Of a stretch of 57,058 nt of DNA, positions 9,308-24,300 are shown in pieces; positions within the stretch are counted from its first letter, which is position 1, and every line of letters starts with the position of its first letter. Made by a program: the position numbers and the translations under genes. Source of the stretch: a virus (lineage: Duplodnaviria; Caudoviricetes); IMG/VR virus record IMGVR_UViG_3300027679_000006, positions 1-57,058 of that record. One strand, 5' to 3'. The notes under the pieces are model-generated. The model worked only from the letters and a program-made list of their open reading frames with translations. It searched no databases and was not told the origin of the DNA.

Positions 9308-12300
9308 TTACTTAACGCTGCTTCCTGCTTGAAGTGCAATCAGTCTAGCAAGTTCTGCTGCCAACTGTTGCGCATCCATACCGCTCGCGTTGCTGACGGT
9401 GATGTTGAAGGTGTTGTTTGCGCCAGCGGTTATGGTGGCGGATGTTGGCGTTGTACTGGTTGCCAGGCCCGTGGCAAGGGTTGCATTAACGCCGAGGCTC
9501 GCACGTGCGGCGGCTGCTGCGGCTAGGGCAGTAGCATACTCGTTAACTTTGCCTGTGGCAAGGGAGAATGAAGATGCGGTCTGCCCCATTGCTGCGGTCA
9601 AGGCATCTGCGCCCGTGACCGACTGCTGATTGAAGGAACCAAGAGGGCCGCTCAACTCTGCGGCGTATGACTTGATGCTGTTCATGCTGCTCTCAAAGGC
9701 ATCGCGCGTTGCGGCGACAGCCGTGGTTACGGCTTCAATTTGTGTCTTTCCAAACTTCAAGTTGCTGACTGCCCCAGTCCCAGAAAGGTCGTTCGGATCG
9801 AAGTCTGCACCAAACAGCAACTTATCGAGGCTGGTCATCTTGTTTGGGCTGGACATCACGTTATCAATCTGGTCCATGACATCCTTAAGGCTCTTTGCAA
9901 CGCCGCTCAATGTTCCAATTCGATCATCGCTTGAGTCGGCAAACTTTGCGTACTGCTCAACGTCGACAGAGAGCAGCGCCTGTCCGTAGGTGTCTCGGAG
10001 AACGTCGCGCATCTTCTTAATTGCTTCGTCGCGTTCGGCGTTGTCTTCAAAGGTCTTCCCAAGGGCATTGAAGTATTCGGTAAACTGCTTGTCGGTAACG
10101 TCTGCCTCTGCAAGGTTGGCGATGTTGATATCTACGCCCGTTGCCTGCTCAAAGTCGTTGAGGCCCTGCTCCAGGGTTCGCTGCGCAAGAATGGCAGTCT
10201 TCTGGGCGGTGGTGAACGTGTTCTTTGCAGACACAAGCGACATCAAGTACTGGTAGAGGGCGCCCTGCTCGGCATTCAGTTTAGAGATACCCAGTGACCC
10301 GCCACCCTGCTTGTTAACAACTTCTGTTAGGTACGAAAGAATGTTTCCAGCACCGGCGTATTCCTTCCCGGTCTGATCGTCTTTATATCTAAACCCAGCC
10401 ATTCTTGCCTCATTAAGGAACGTCGCCGCCAGGCCGCTTTCTTCAGTGTTTCCCTGATATATCTTCAAAACTTCTGCAACATTGGCGCCAGTTACCGCAG
10501 CGCCGCCGTAGGTCAGGTCTTTAATTCCCCCAGTAAACCCTCCACCCTTTGCTTCGAATGGGTCTTTGCCGTTGTATACGGTTCCCCTTCCGATTGAACC
10601 CAGCGCCTTGCTTAGCGCGTCACCCTGCGCGGCCTCGGCAAGCGCCTTCATTTCAGAAAGTTGCGCAAGCAGATCTTCTTGCTCAGTTGTAATGTTTTCA
10701 TTGGCAGCAAGAGCAGCAGCAATTGCGTCTCGATTCGACGACTCAAACGCCGCGAGTTCTTGCTCTGCGTTTGTTGCCATTGTGATGTCTTGCTCGCCAG
10801 TCAAGTTGCCGCTTACGGCGTCAACCATGGAGTTAATAGCGGTTTCTTTTCTTGCGGCAGCCAAAAGTCCGTTGTACTTAGAAATTAAATTTTTCTGAGC
10901 GGTTGTTCGTTTATTTGCTGCGATTGCTGTGTACTTCTTGTACAGTTGTCCAGTGGTTTGAACCTTGTATTGCTTCTGAAGGGCAATTGAGATTGCGCTG
11001 TTGCTGTAGTCCTTAAACGCAGTGTTTGCCCCCGTTGACCTTTCGCCACTTGCGTTCATCTCATCAAAGTTCTCACCAAGCATTGTCATTCGGAGCGCGT
11101 CGTTCATCTTTCCGGCCATCTTCTCGTCGCCGTTCAGGACTGACTGCGCAAAGTCAAAGCGGCTATTCAATCTGGTCAAAGCGGCGTCATAGATGGCCTG
11201 AGTCGCCTCAGAGGAAGCACTGTACTGCTTTTCGTATCGCTCCTTTTCGTCGGAGATCACCTTAAGTTCTGCGTCGCGTTGCTGGTCAATATAGAACTGC
11301 TCAAGGGCTTGCTTGGAGTCGTAGAAGGACTTGGCTGCCTCAAGCGGGTCTGCGCTGGCAGAGCGCATCTGTAGGCCAGAAATCTGCAACTGAGCCTGGA
11401 GATTCTCCTCTGTCTGGATGTCTGAACGCTGCTTGTAGCGCTCGTTGATGCGCTTCTCCTGCTCGTCCAGTTGCTTGACGTACTCATCGTGGGTGCGCTG
11501 TTGCTCCTTGCGCATGCGCTCATATGCTTTTCCGGCAACGCTGGAGATCTTGTTGAGAAGGTCAAGGCTCTTCTCAAGGGCCTTGTTTGCGGCCGACCCA
11601 CCGTCACCACCAAGAATAGATCCTGGGTCCTTGGCAATCAGTTTCTTAATCTCGTCGATTTCTTTCTTGGTCAACTTCATCGGGTTGGCCTTGGCGGCAT
11701 CCTCCTGGAACTTTGCAGCCTGCTTTGTGAGGGTGGCAATCTCTGCCTCAACTCTGCCGGCATCGGCGCCAAGACTCTGCATGCTCTTGCCTGCGTTGTT
11801 GAGGGCGGCCTCTGTGGCAATCACTTCGGCGGTCCTTCTCCCACCCGATTTGAGGATTGCATCGTCGTACTTTCCTCGGGCTACTGCAAAGTTGTTGGCT
11901 GCTTCCTGCTGTCTTAGTTGGATATCGCCAAGCACAACTTTCTTTGCGCCAATCTCTAGAATGATGCCTTCCGCCGCTGCCTCAGCAGCCTGTGACGCAA
12001 CCATCGAGAGCGCAGCGCCACCGTTTGCTTCAATGAGCCGCTGCTTGAGAAGCAGTATCTTCTGGAGTGCTACGTTGTTCACAAGTTCCTTGTCGCTAAT
12101 GGCGAGACCGGCAGCCTCGGCAGCCTGCAGCGCATCTCCGACTTGAAGGCTTACGGTTTGCGTCTTATATGCCTTGTCTCGCGTCTCCGTATCTTCCTTA
12201 AGAAGGGCAAGTTGTTCTGCTGTTGCTTTTGTGCCAGCCGCAACAGCAGCAGCAAGCGCTACCTGATTCGTTGTTCTAAAGTTTGCATACGCCTTTTCCG

Positions 12301-15300
12301 CCGCGACGCCTTCCGCAACTTCTGCGGCGGTCGCACCCATTGTGGCCAGTCGGATTTGTAGTGTTGCAGTAAGGTCCTTGTACCTAGCGTCTGTCCTGGC
12401 CTTCTGCGCAGCCGTAAGTTTCTTTAGTTCTTCCTCTTCGGAAACAGTAAGCAGGTTTTCTGGTCCATATCTAACTAGGGCTGAGTCGTCAGTTCCTCCC
12501 AACTGGTCCCTCCCAAGAGCAGTGGAGTCAATTCCTTGCTGGATGTATCTTGCAGGAAGGGCTTGCGCCTGGATCTCTTGCAGCAAGCCAATGCGTGCAT
12601 CGCCACCAAGTTTCTGATAATTGGCATCTGCGGCTCGATAGGCTGCCCGATCTCCCGCGTACTGATCGAACATCTTGTAGCCGGCCTCGCCGCCGTAGCG
12701 CTCCATCATCTCAAGACGGGTTAGCGTCATGTCAACCTTTGGCATCAACTCATCACCACGGGTCCTTGCCTGAACGCCGATGCGCAGCGTATCCTTGACG
12801 AGTTGCATGAATTCTGCGTCAGTGGTGTCCTTAGTGACCTTGCTGTAATCGAAGCCGAGTTCCCTGAGAGCGTCTGCTGGGTTAGAGAATCCAGAGGCCG
12901 CCGTCAAGGCTCTGATGTCTGCGGTCTTTAGCAGGGTTTCTAGTTTGGTAAAGCCGATTCTTGTCTGACCTTCCTCAACGGTTTTGCCGTCGGCCCCTGT
13001 TACCCCAGCCTTTACGTCTTCTGCAGAATACGTTGACCTGCCAAAGTCTGGGGTGTCAAACCGCTTAATAACCTGCGAACCGCTGTACAACTTTGGATCA
13101 ATAAGTGTTCCGAATAGGCCAAGTGGCGAATTTGCGGCGGCAATCTCAAGTTCTTCTATTGTTTTGGACAGTTCCTTTTCTGCGTCCGTTAGTTCTGCCC
13201 CTGCAGCGTTTTTACCGTCAATTAACTTAAGTGTATCTTCGTTTTCCATTCGTAGGAGTGCTAGTTTCTGCTTGGCAAGAAGGGTTTCCTCACCAGAGTA
13301 TCTAGCAAGGGTTTCATAGTCCATACCGGCATTCATGAACTCTGCTTGCTTTATGTCAAATGCGTTCGATCCGCTTCTGCTCCTTCTTTCGTTTTCAAGG
13401 TTTTTTCGCATTGCCGCAATTGCTTCGGGAGTTGTTTGAACATCTTCGTTTGTCTCTAGTTGATCAATGAAAGATTTCTTTTGCTGATATTCTTCGTCGC
13501 TCATGATGCCGGCCTTACGCAGGTCGCGCTCGTGATTTAACTTGTCTTCGGCTTCCGCTCGATCCTCCTCAGGAATCCCTGTGCTTCCGGTTCTAATCTC
13601 TTGAATCCTTCGTTGGTATTCTTCTTCGCTCATCACGCCCATGGAGGCAATGCTCTTCTTCTCGCCAACTGTGTATGCGCCAAAGATGGTGGAAAGGAGA
13701 TCCTCATCAGTTGGGTCTGTGGTAATTCCTGGGATTCCCCCGCCCTCTTGTATGAACCCTGCTCCGCCGCCAGCAAATTTCTCTCGGGCAATCTCCTTTG
13801 CTTGCTCTTCCGTAAAGCCAAGGATCTTGGCCTCTTCCATCAAGGCCTTCTTCTGCCTAATGGCCTCTTCAGATCCAGCAATAGCCTTATCAATGGCATT
13901 TCCAACCAACTCAGCAAGTGCTCCGCCAATCATTCCGCCGAGGGCAGCACCAACACCAGGAATTGGAATAAGCGCCTGACCAAGCATTGCCCCTGCAGTT
14001 GTTCCGATGCCTTGCGCCATCGCCTGGAATGGACCAGCCTTCTGCCTGAAGACATTAGTCATTTCCTTTGGCAGCATCTCCATAAGCGGCCCAATGATTG
14101 GCGCCGTCATAATTGGCGCCATTTCCCCAGCAAGTCTTCGTGCACCAGACGCAAGCCCTGCGGCCACACCGGCCATGCCTATTGCCTTAGACATCCCTCG
14201 CATCTTTTGCGCTATGCCGCCAAGGGGTCCCCTTAGCCGCTCGCGCTTCTTGAGTTCCTCTGCACTTACCTTATTTGGACCAAGCGCACCGGTCTCTTCG
14301 TCTACGTAATAATATTCCCCATCCCTGGTGTCAATCTCGGCAAGACCAGTCTTCCCGCCGCCGCGCTCAGTCCGCTTGAGCGCCTTCGGCATCTTGTCTT
14401 GCACTTTCTTGAACAAATTACCCGCCGCTTGCCCAACCTTCCCGAATATGCCAACCGTGCTCGCCTTAATCGCCGCATCCCCACGAGCGTCTCCAAGAAT
14501 GCCCTTAATGAACTGCTCTTCCTCTTGCTTGGTGGCAAAGACCTTGCCCTCTGCGTACCTCTTAAGCACCTGAGACATGACAATGTTTTGTACATTTTCT
14601 GGCAACTTCTTAATGCCAGCAGCAACACTTGATGGAATGTTGATTGCCCGATCTGCAAAGTCATCAACCTTTAGTTTCTTCGCCTGAGTTGGGTCTACAA
14701 CGTTTTCCGGCAAGGCGGCGATCTGCTTGTCCGCATCAGCCTGCGTAAGTTTCCCTGCGGCAACCTGACTCTGTATTGCGTCAGTTTTTGTTTTGTCTCT
14801 TGTCATTATTGGAACGCCGGCCTCGGCAAGACCACCAACAATCGACATATTGTCTGCCTGACTTCGGCGCGTATCGTCAATGCTTGCCTCTAGCGAAGCA
14901 ATCGCCTTTGCGCCCTGATCTTGGTCCATTTCCTTGGACTCCACTTTCTTCCTGATCTCTTCAATTCTTGCCTTGGCTGCAACAATCTTCTTCCCTGCTG
15001 CCTCAAGTTGCGCAAACGTCTCGTTAAGAATCGTAGAAGTTTCCCTCTGAACAAGAACGGCACTCATCATGTTGTCTAGCGAGTAGGCACCGGCATCGTC
15101 ATTGATCCCCTCTGTGTCTGTCTTGCCAAGGTCAAGACCAGCAAATCGGAACATTCCGGAAGCAGACCCTTGCTGTCGAAGCCTTGAGGCCTCTTGCAGG
15201 TTCTGATATTTAGCCTTCTGATCATCATCAAGGGTTCCGGCGGCAATGGCATCCTTGTTGTCTTTTTCAAACTGTGCCTTCTTCTCATCGGCAAGGTTGA

Positions 15301-18300
15301 GGTAGTCGTATGTTCCCTCGATGCCCTTGTTAGTAATAACCGGCGAAGTGTGTGGAGCCCCACCCTCGCCGTGTGGCATGTAGAACCCCTCACCAAAGTT
15401 TGGCTTAAGGGTATTCTGCATTTGATCCGTTGCTCGTTGGCGTGCGCGGTCGACAGAGAGAAGCCCGATATTTCTTCCAAATACTGTCGTGCCCTCAAGT
15501 GCGCGCTGGGCAGCCCTTCCCTTAAGGTCGGTCATGCCGTATGAATTAATCTTCTCGCCCTCGCCCCACCTTACTGCGGCCTTAGACTTATCTGTTGTAA
15601 CCATGTTGTCTTTATCAAGTAGTTGGCCACGATCGTTGGTCTTAAAGTCTTCCGCCTCAATCTTTGCTCGCTTAAGTTCGTCGTATGCGGCGGCAGTCTT
15701 CCTAACCTTGTCGATCTGTGAGTCAATTGCACCGTTAACGCTTCCCCATGCGTCATGAAGGCCATTCATTACCTTGCCAATGAGCGTTCCGGCAATGTTG
15801 TAGGCCATCATGGCGGTCTTAAATGCAATAAACAAACCAACGATAACCCCAAGCGGACCAGCAATTGGTGTAATAATCTTTAACAGAACGGACATCGTCA
15901 TAAGGAATATGGTCAGGAGCGGCATCAGGGCGTTGATCGCCACGGAGAGCCCGGCAATAAATCCAGTCATTGCCCCGCCGCTAAACGCTTCCAAGATAGT
16001 CCCAATGCCCTCACCAATAACCATGATCAACTGCTCAATCGCCGGCATAAATGATTTTACAAAATCACCAACAAACAGCGTATTGTTCTTAATCGCCTCT
16101 GCAATCCCAGAGATAGCAGCAACAAGCACAGTGACGGTTGCAATGAGCGGGTTTGACGTAATTAACTTGGAGAAGAGGCTAAACGCCAAAGAGGCAACAG
16201 CGAGTCCCCTGCCAACATCGTTTGCAAGAATGTCGCCAATTAACTTTAGTCCTGGTCCAAGTTTCCCAACAACTCCGATAACTGCCGCGCCGAATGAGTT
16301 TGCCGAATCGCCTGCAGAGGCAAGGCCCTTAACGAAGACGTTAATAAAGATTTGCCCAACGGCTTCAAGCGCTGGCCCGAATGAAGCAAGCGAAGAAATG
16401 AATGTCTGCATGCTGGTGCGCACGTCATCAACAAACTTGGTAATCTCGCGCGACTTGAGCATGAACTGACCAACCTCAACGATGGTGTCTCGAACGGAGT
16501 TGAACAGCGGCTGGAATGCCGTTGCCATGAAGTTCTGAGACAAGTCCGCAATCGTCGAAAGCGCACCGGTCATTGTCCTTGAGAGTCGATCGGCAGATCC
16601 CTGGTACTGCTTATCCATTCCCTCGGTGATTGCTCGCGCTGCCGTAGAACCAATCAAGAATCCGCGCTTTGCAAGGTTTCGGATCAGGCCTTCTGCTCGC
16701 TTTGGATCTTCAAGGGTTCTAATCATCTCGTCGATGCTGCCGAATGACTTCTTAAATGATGCGCTATTGAGCATTCCCTGGAGCCTGTCAAACTCTGCTG
16801 CCGTCTCTTCCGGGATATCCTTCATGGTCCCAAGTGCGCGCATCTTCATTGCCGTAAGGTCCATCAACAACTTCTCGGAAAGCATTCGGTAGCCAGCAAT
16901 ACCAGCGTTTGCCAACTGCATCATGTCGTTCTGATAGACGCGACCAGCAGAGTTCATTTGTCCAAGCGCGTAGGCAATTCGGTCAATCTTCTCGTCTTCA
17001 CCACCAAGGGCTGCCACGGCGTTGGAGATAGAGTTGATCATTCCAGGAATTTCGGTCGCCTCAAACCCGAACGCCTTCATCTTAAGTGCGGCCTCTACGA
17101 GTGGCTTAAACCTAAACGGCGTGACGTTTGCAATGTTCCTAATCTCCGCGACCATGCCCTCGGCGGCGCCCTTGGTGTAGTTGATGGCGTCAGAGAACTT
17201 AACCGCCTGCTCTCGCATGAAGCCAATTTGCACACCGGCCTCATTGAGTTTTGGAACCAGTGCATTGCCAACTGCTGCTCGCGCCTGAAGTGTGTTGGCA
17301 AAGAGCGTATTGAATCCAACGGTTGTGTTTTCAAGAACTTGGTTGAATTGGAATACACCGGACTGCAGGTGCTCAAAGATTCCGCCGATCTCTCGGCCCA
17401 TCTGCTGCAAGACAAGGAAGGTTGCTGCGCGACCAACCTGAGTCTTTACTGTCTTAAGAATACCGACGTTAGCGTCGGTTAGTCTCTGCAGGGTCTCGGT
17501 CGCAACCTGCGCCTTCTTGGCGGAATCTTCCAGTGACTTGCCGAATTGACTGTTAGAACCAGCGGCATGGACAATGGCTGGGCTAAGTTCTGCAAAACGA
17601 TTCTGCAGTGCTGCCAAATCGTTGACGCCCCTAGAAATTTTTTCAGTATCAGGGATAACGGCACGAATCTTGCGCCAGTCATTGCTTGGGTCGTCTGGCG
17701 GCATGCCTCCGCCAGTGGCGGTTGGTGGCTTACTTCCGCCTGCGCCGCCCGGCGCATTGCCGGCAGCAACAATTTTTTGCTGATCGGATGTTGTTGTTCT
17801 TGTTAAGAATGATGCTGTCTCCCGCGCTTCCGATGAAACGTTTTGCAATGACGCTGCAAGAGCCTCAAGGTCAACTTCTCCCGTTGCCGCCTGCGACTCA
17901 AGTCCTTGTAGCGCCGCTTGAATGCGCTGCAGAACACCAGAAACATCAGCGACTTCTTCTGGGGACATGCCAGTGAGTTTTGCCCCAGACTTAACTCGAG
18001 CGTCTGGAGTTGTGCCTCTTACATCAGATGGAAGCACTGCTCCCGGGTATCTCGTCCCTCCCTGCTTTAGCGCGTCGGTGCCACTTGCCATTTCTATTGC
18101 GTTTATTAAAAACTCTAGTTTTCTTCCGATACCGCTTGGATCACTCTCAAGAAATTGTGCCTTATCCTTTGCGGTCATCCCAGATGTATCTTGCCCTCTT
18201 TCTGCTATTTTTTTGTCTGCAATAGCAAGGGTCTCATTAAGAAGATCAATGATTGGGGCAAGTTGTTCTGGGATAATTTGTTTCTGTAGGATTACATCTT

Positions 18301-21300
18301 TATTATTACGTTCGGCTTCATCATTCGCTGACCCCCTCTTGACTGGCGTGAGATTCACTTGCTCTGCCCGGAGCGCCTCACGTGCCCCGGTAAGAGTTCT
18401 TAGTTCGGCGTGGAGCGAGTCAATTTCTTCCGTTACTGGGGCGATTGCCGCCTGGAACTCAACAAGAGCCTGCCTGGCGGCCTCAACATCTTCGGGAAGC
18501 GGCTCACCCACTCCGTAATCCGGCTCTTCAGCGGACCTTGCTTCTATATATCCACGAATGTCTTCTATGGTTTGCCGTGGCGCGTCTGCCCCCAAGACAT
18601 TGACTGGAGGGAGTCCAACCTTCGAAGCAAGATTCTTATTATTGCCATAGTTCTCAACTCCAAGGGCGTGCCTAAACCGTGCAGACTTCCCACTAAATAC
18701 CATGTCCCTTTCGGTAAAGGCGTTATCCTCGTCTGGCTTAAATCCTTCAGAAATTAACCTCTTGTATTCTTCTGATTCAGGTCCATAAACTTCAGGTACA
18801 TACTCGTTTGCGTATTCGCCAGTTTTTGTACGCTTTCTTCCTGGCTTCGTTCGCCTAAACCTTGCCTCGCGCTGCGCCATTTCCCTGTCTGTATCTAGTT
18901 CAATAGCAACCACTTCATCTGCTAGTTCTTCATTTTCCATCTGCATAAGGACGTCGAAAGCGGCCCGAAGTTTATCTTGTGCGGATACTGCGGCCCCCCT
19001 TCGAGCGGAAAACGCTGCACTAATCTTTTCCTGCAACTCTGCTCGCTTCGCGTCAATCGCAGCAATCTCGGCTTCAATCTCTTGGACCTTTGAGACCGAG
19101 TCAGTGGTCGCAGCAGTGGCCGCCTCTGTACCGGAGCCTGCAGATACGGGTTCTGGTGCCCCCTGAACGCTTGCCGCCTGCTCCTCTACGGCCGTGGCAA
19201 CTTCCTCAGTTGCGACAGCGATCTCTTCCTTTGCATCTGCAACTCGCTCGGTAGCGTCCTCGGTGCGCTGGTCTGCAGACTTAATCTCCTCAACAATCTC
19301 TGAGGTGTTTGACGTGTCGTCGTCTATGAAGCCATCTTCGGCGTATTCGTCTTCGTCAAAGTCTTCAAACAGGCCAAGTTCGTCTTCTGCTGCCTGAGCA
19401 ATTTTTTCTGTAGCCTCGGCCTTCCCTTCGGTGGCGTCTGCAGCGGCAGTGGTTGCCTGCACAACTCCAGATGCAGCAGCAACGCGTCGGGCAATCTCAT
19501 CGCTGGCAACGCCTGTAAGTTCCAAGAATTTGGCGTAGTTGTTCTTTGCCTGTTCGCTAGATGGGTCGTCTTGAATCTGCTGAATGAGCGTCTTTTCAAA
19601 TTCTGCATCGTCTACGCTGCCGCCGCTGTCGCCTGCCGCCATTGGCATTGTTTCCGTTTCTGGCCTTGGTGGCTCCTCGCTCCAGCCAATCTCGTCTCCC
19701 AAGTAGGTTCGTTGCGTGGACATTGCATCGGGATTCTTAATCCCGGTCTCTGGGAATGCAGTTGCCCCGTAACCAGCGCCAGTTCCACGACCCTGCGTGG
19801 CATCGGGGGTAATCTCCGCAAGCGACTGCTGCTTCCTTGTCTTGCCAATTTCCATGGCACGACCAAGCGCCGCCTTTCGACCCTTATCGTCACCTTCGAG
19901 ATAGGGGATTCTTTGCGTAATGTCGATTGCAACCTTGTCACCCTCAACCCAAGAGCCAAGATAAATTTCCTGACCCTCGGCAAGAAGTGTTTTAAGTTCA
20001 ATAGCGTTTTCTGCAATAATCTTCTGAACAGCGGCTTGGAATTTCTGCCTACGGCGATCATTTTCCTGTTTAATCTCTTCAATCTCTTCGTCTGAAGCAT
20101 TTCCTGGGACCGTAAGCGGCACTACCTCTGAGGCGGGAACGTTCAGGTTGTACCGCTGCATTCCGCCAACCATGAACCCTGTCTGCGGCGTGTTTTCAGT
20201 TACGGTTGGTGATCCATCTGCAGAGCCCTGAAGCCGGTAGGAGGCGCCCTTGTCCGGCATGACGTCGGAAAACATGGTCTTTGACGTTGCGGTTGATATT
20301 GATCCAGCGCCAGGAAGCCTGCTGGCAATTTCGGTCTCAGACTCTTCTGGCACTCCTCTGAATCCTACGGACGAGGCGTACTTACCAGCCTTGGTATTTG
20401 ACCTGGCAGTTGCTTGCTTAGCCATTTCGACCATTGAATATGCGGCTGCAATGATTCCCGATGAACCAAAACCATCATTTCCTAGACTTACTTCTTTCTC
20501 TTCCTTGTTGTTTACGTATCCGCCCATGATTCGATAAGCCTCTGCCATTGCCTCATATGGTGAGTTGTTTGCGTAATTGGTCAATACGCTTTGAATGTGC
20601 TCGGGCTCAATGCCCATCCGCTCCATTCTTGCCACAAGGGCGGCCCGCAAATCCGCATGGGCATTTGCATCGTACGGGCTGGTGAGAGTGTGCCCAACTT
20701 CGTGCGCGGCAGTTCCGCGAATATCTCTTGCGATTCTTGCTTCAGAAAGTTTTGTTTGACCCTTGCGAACAATCCTTCTCGGGACTTGGATTCCACGAAC
20801 AACGCCGCCGCCGGTATATCCAATTGGTCCAGCAAATCCAGCAACGTTTGAGATCAACCCGCCGGTGCCCCCCTGCGAAGATGGGGACTCTTCCGGGTCG
20901 CTAGATCCATACGATACGAATTGAGGCGTTGTAATTGCTGTTAATGCATTTCCAGCAATACCGTTTCTTTGAATCTCTTTTGCAACAACTCCCGCAACAG
21001 CCGTTGCATGGGCATCGTCTGTTAGTTTTTCTCCGAGGTGCGTTGTTGATACAAGTTGATCTCCGCCGTCTTCTGTTTGCACTTTTCCAATAGATATTCT
21101 TACCCCGGCTTTATCAAGCGCCGCAAGAACCGCTACTGCTGCCTCCCTGGAGACCATGAGAAGGCCCTGCTCTGGTCGCTGCGGACTCTTGTCGGTAAGT
21201 TTTGTAATTGGGTTGCTTCTTGTTTCATGTTTTTCCAACCCGCCCCTCCCGTAAAGCCCTTCGGGATTGTCTTGAATCAATTGAGCCACGAGGGTTGCCG

Positions 21301-24300
21301 GTAGGGCGTTAAACGCCAAGGCATTTATTGCCTGGGGGCCGAAGGAGTCCAAATCTTCTATTGTTCTAATCCTCTTAAATTGCTCCGCCATACCGACTTC
21401 GATATCCATTTCTTCTTCGTCTGCATAGCCCGCCTTTAGGCTTGCCTCGAGGTCTTCCACTACTGTTCTGTTTTGCGCATCAAGGTTAATGTCTGATGGG
21501 CGAATTGCCTCGGCCTCTCGGTTCATTTCCTTAGAGACGCCGCCCATTCCCTCTTCTTTGTAAGCCATTGGCTCCGGCCCGGAAAGCCCACCAGATGCTC
21601 TTGCCCTTCGCATCTCGGCAATGCGAAGGGTCGACTCAGCAACAGCCAACTTTGAGGAGGCGAGTGATGCGTCTGCCTCTTTTGCATCGGCAACGTCTGC
21701 CAATTCCGCGTCACCACGTGCGCTGGTGTCAATTTCCCCCTCTTCAAATAGGTTATTAATGTTTTCCGCAAGCCCAAGAATTACCTCTTCGAGCGCAAGT
21801 ACCTTTTCGACAAAGCCAACAATCTCCCTAGACTTCGTAAGGTCTTGTACCGTCCTGCCAGAACCCTGAATTACTTCACCCTTTTCGTCAGTCTTAAAGC
21901 CAACGACAAATGACTCCGTAGCCATTTGCTTCAGTTGTTCAAGTGAAATATCCTTTCCAATTGCCTGAGAAACTTTCTGGCGAATTTCTTCCTGGACGTC
22001 AGACTCAAGTTTCTTTGGGCCTTCGTATCCTGGCTCAAATTGTCGCTGATACCTTGAGGGAACTGCTGGGATTACCTCACCAGTCGCCTCATCAAAGCGC
22101 GCGGCCTCGCCGTACAACTCCCTGCTGATTACCCCCGCCCTCTTGGTTGGAATTCGCTCCATGCGGAGCGATGGGACGTTCTTGCTTGCCGCATCTGAAA
22201 TCTCCTTTGCAAGCGCTGGATCACCGATGAGGCCAATGAGATCTGCGGGAATCAAATCTCCACGAGCAATGAGTTCGGCAATAAGCGCTGTGAGTTCCTT
22301 CTTTGCGGCATCAGCATCTCGCCTGCCGGAAGTCATAATCTCCGTAGCAAGCCCGCTGATTGCCTGTGCAGATAGGGCAATGCTTTCCGGTGCGCCCCGA
22401 CCGCTTCGCGGAAGCCTTGCTGCCCCGCTTCCTGGCTCGTCGCCAGTTTGAACTTCGCCAAACCTTTCCATACCAGCAACAACAGCATCTCCACCAGATT
22501 CGAGGGCCTTGGTGATTGCAATCAGTTCTCGCGCCAAAGAAAGTTTTGCGTCCTCATCAAGTGAGTCTGTTTTTCTAATAACACCGGCCTCAGATGCGGC
22601 GAATCCCCCGCCCGCTGGGACCGCCCTGCCAATAAATTCTGGCGAGAACAGTCGCTGAACAGCAGGGTCTTTTGCCAGTCCGTCAAACTGTGCCGTCAAT
22701 GAGGCGATCGCTGCTGCTGCCGCAGGGTTGCTGCTCTTTAGTTCTGCGATCTGGTCGTACGCAACCTTCATCAGCCCAAGGTTTGAAGAAAGGTCATCAA
22801 TATCGCTTTGCTTTACCGACTTCCCCTCTGCAAGTAGGGACGCCATGTCCGCCGTCAATATCTTGGTGGACTCAAATAGTTCCTTCAAGAACTGGATTGC
22901 CGCCTCTGCCTCCGCAGGCTTGATGCTAGTCGTATTCATTGCCGCGCCGGCTTCTGTATTGCTTACAACCCTCTTTCGCCTAAACAGATCAAATACTGGG
23001 TTCTCTGGCAATCCCGCAACGCCAACGGTTCCCTCAACCTGCTCAGCGGCCCGATTGCCATCAGGGGAACTTGACCTTTCTTTATTTCGACCCGCAAGTG
23101 CTGATCCAGAAACTCCAGCAAAACCAAATGGAACTCTTGCTGAAAGGCTTCTTGCCCGGCGCCTCTGCCTAATTGTTGATTCACTTGTTCTACCGGCCAG
23201 CAAGTCCAGTGGGTCAGCGCCACCCATTCTCTTGTCGGTAATGCCAAGAATCTCAAAGAACCGTGAAGTCCCAGCCATAGGGTTATCAACCTGTGCCTGC
23301 AGTTCCCGTAGCGCTGCTTGCGCCGCAGCAAGTTCCTGCGCCGCTTCGGTAGCGCGCTGCTCGGCGTCGTCTAGCGTTGCCCGAATAATGTCTTCTTTGC
23401 TTCTTCCCGTTGCTGCTGATTCGGCATCAGCACGACCCAGTACGCCAGCCTTTTCAATTGCACGGTCCATATCTGATGATGTTTGTCGGCCGCCAGCGCC
23501 TCCCGGAAGGCTTCTGTTGTCGCCGCTTAGTTGCGCTCCAATACCTGTGCCGTTAAAAGTGTCCTCAACCTCTTTGAAAATTAGATTTGCTATCAGGGCG
23601 TCAGCGTCTTTTGGCTTAACATCATCGCCAAGAATCATTGCCTTAAGGGCTCTTCGGATTGCCCCCTTGAGCGTGTTTATTTCTGGTCCGGTTAGGCCCC
23701 TGCCCTCGTCCCGAAGGATTTTGTTTTTAGCCACGCCAGCAAGGCGCTTTGCGGCCTCGTCGATAAAGGCATCGTCAACCGCCGCAGATGACCCCTTTCC
23801 AGGGCCGACCATTGCCGCGATTTCGTTATAGGTTGCGTCAAACTCTTCGGCAATGATTTCAATAGCCTCTTCTCGGGTGAGGGTTTTCATAACGGGTTCT
23901 TGTGTTATTACTTCCTCACCGTCGACTATAGTTTTCTTTTCCTTAAAAACTTGGTTTCCCTGTTCGTCCATCACTGCTACCTGTTCCTTCATAAACAGGG
24001 CGATTTGCCGCTCGTAGAACTCGATTGTTTTTCTTTCCTCCGCGACCGTAAGCCTTGTTCGATCTGACTTAATCTCTTTTGCTACATCATCGCCCTCCTC
24101 GCCGGTGCCGACCGCAGATCGACCCGACCTATCCGCTTCACGAACTACCTCTGTCGCGTCGTAAGAGTCATCATCCCCCTCAGTACCCCCGCGCGGAGTG
24201 GCGCTACGGACCCCTCTTGACTCGTCTCGCATCTCCAACTCGTCTTCCCCAAGAACATCTTCGGCGGCGGCTCGTACGGCGCTGAGTCGGTCCTTTGCCT

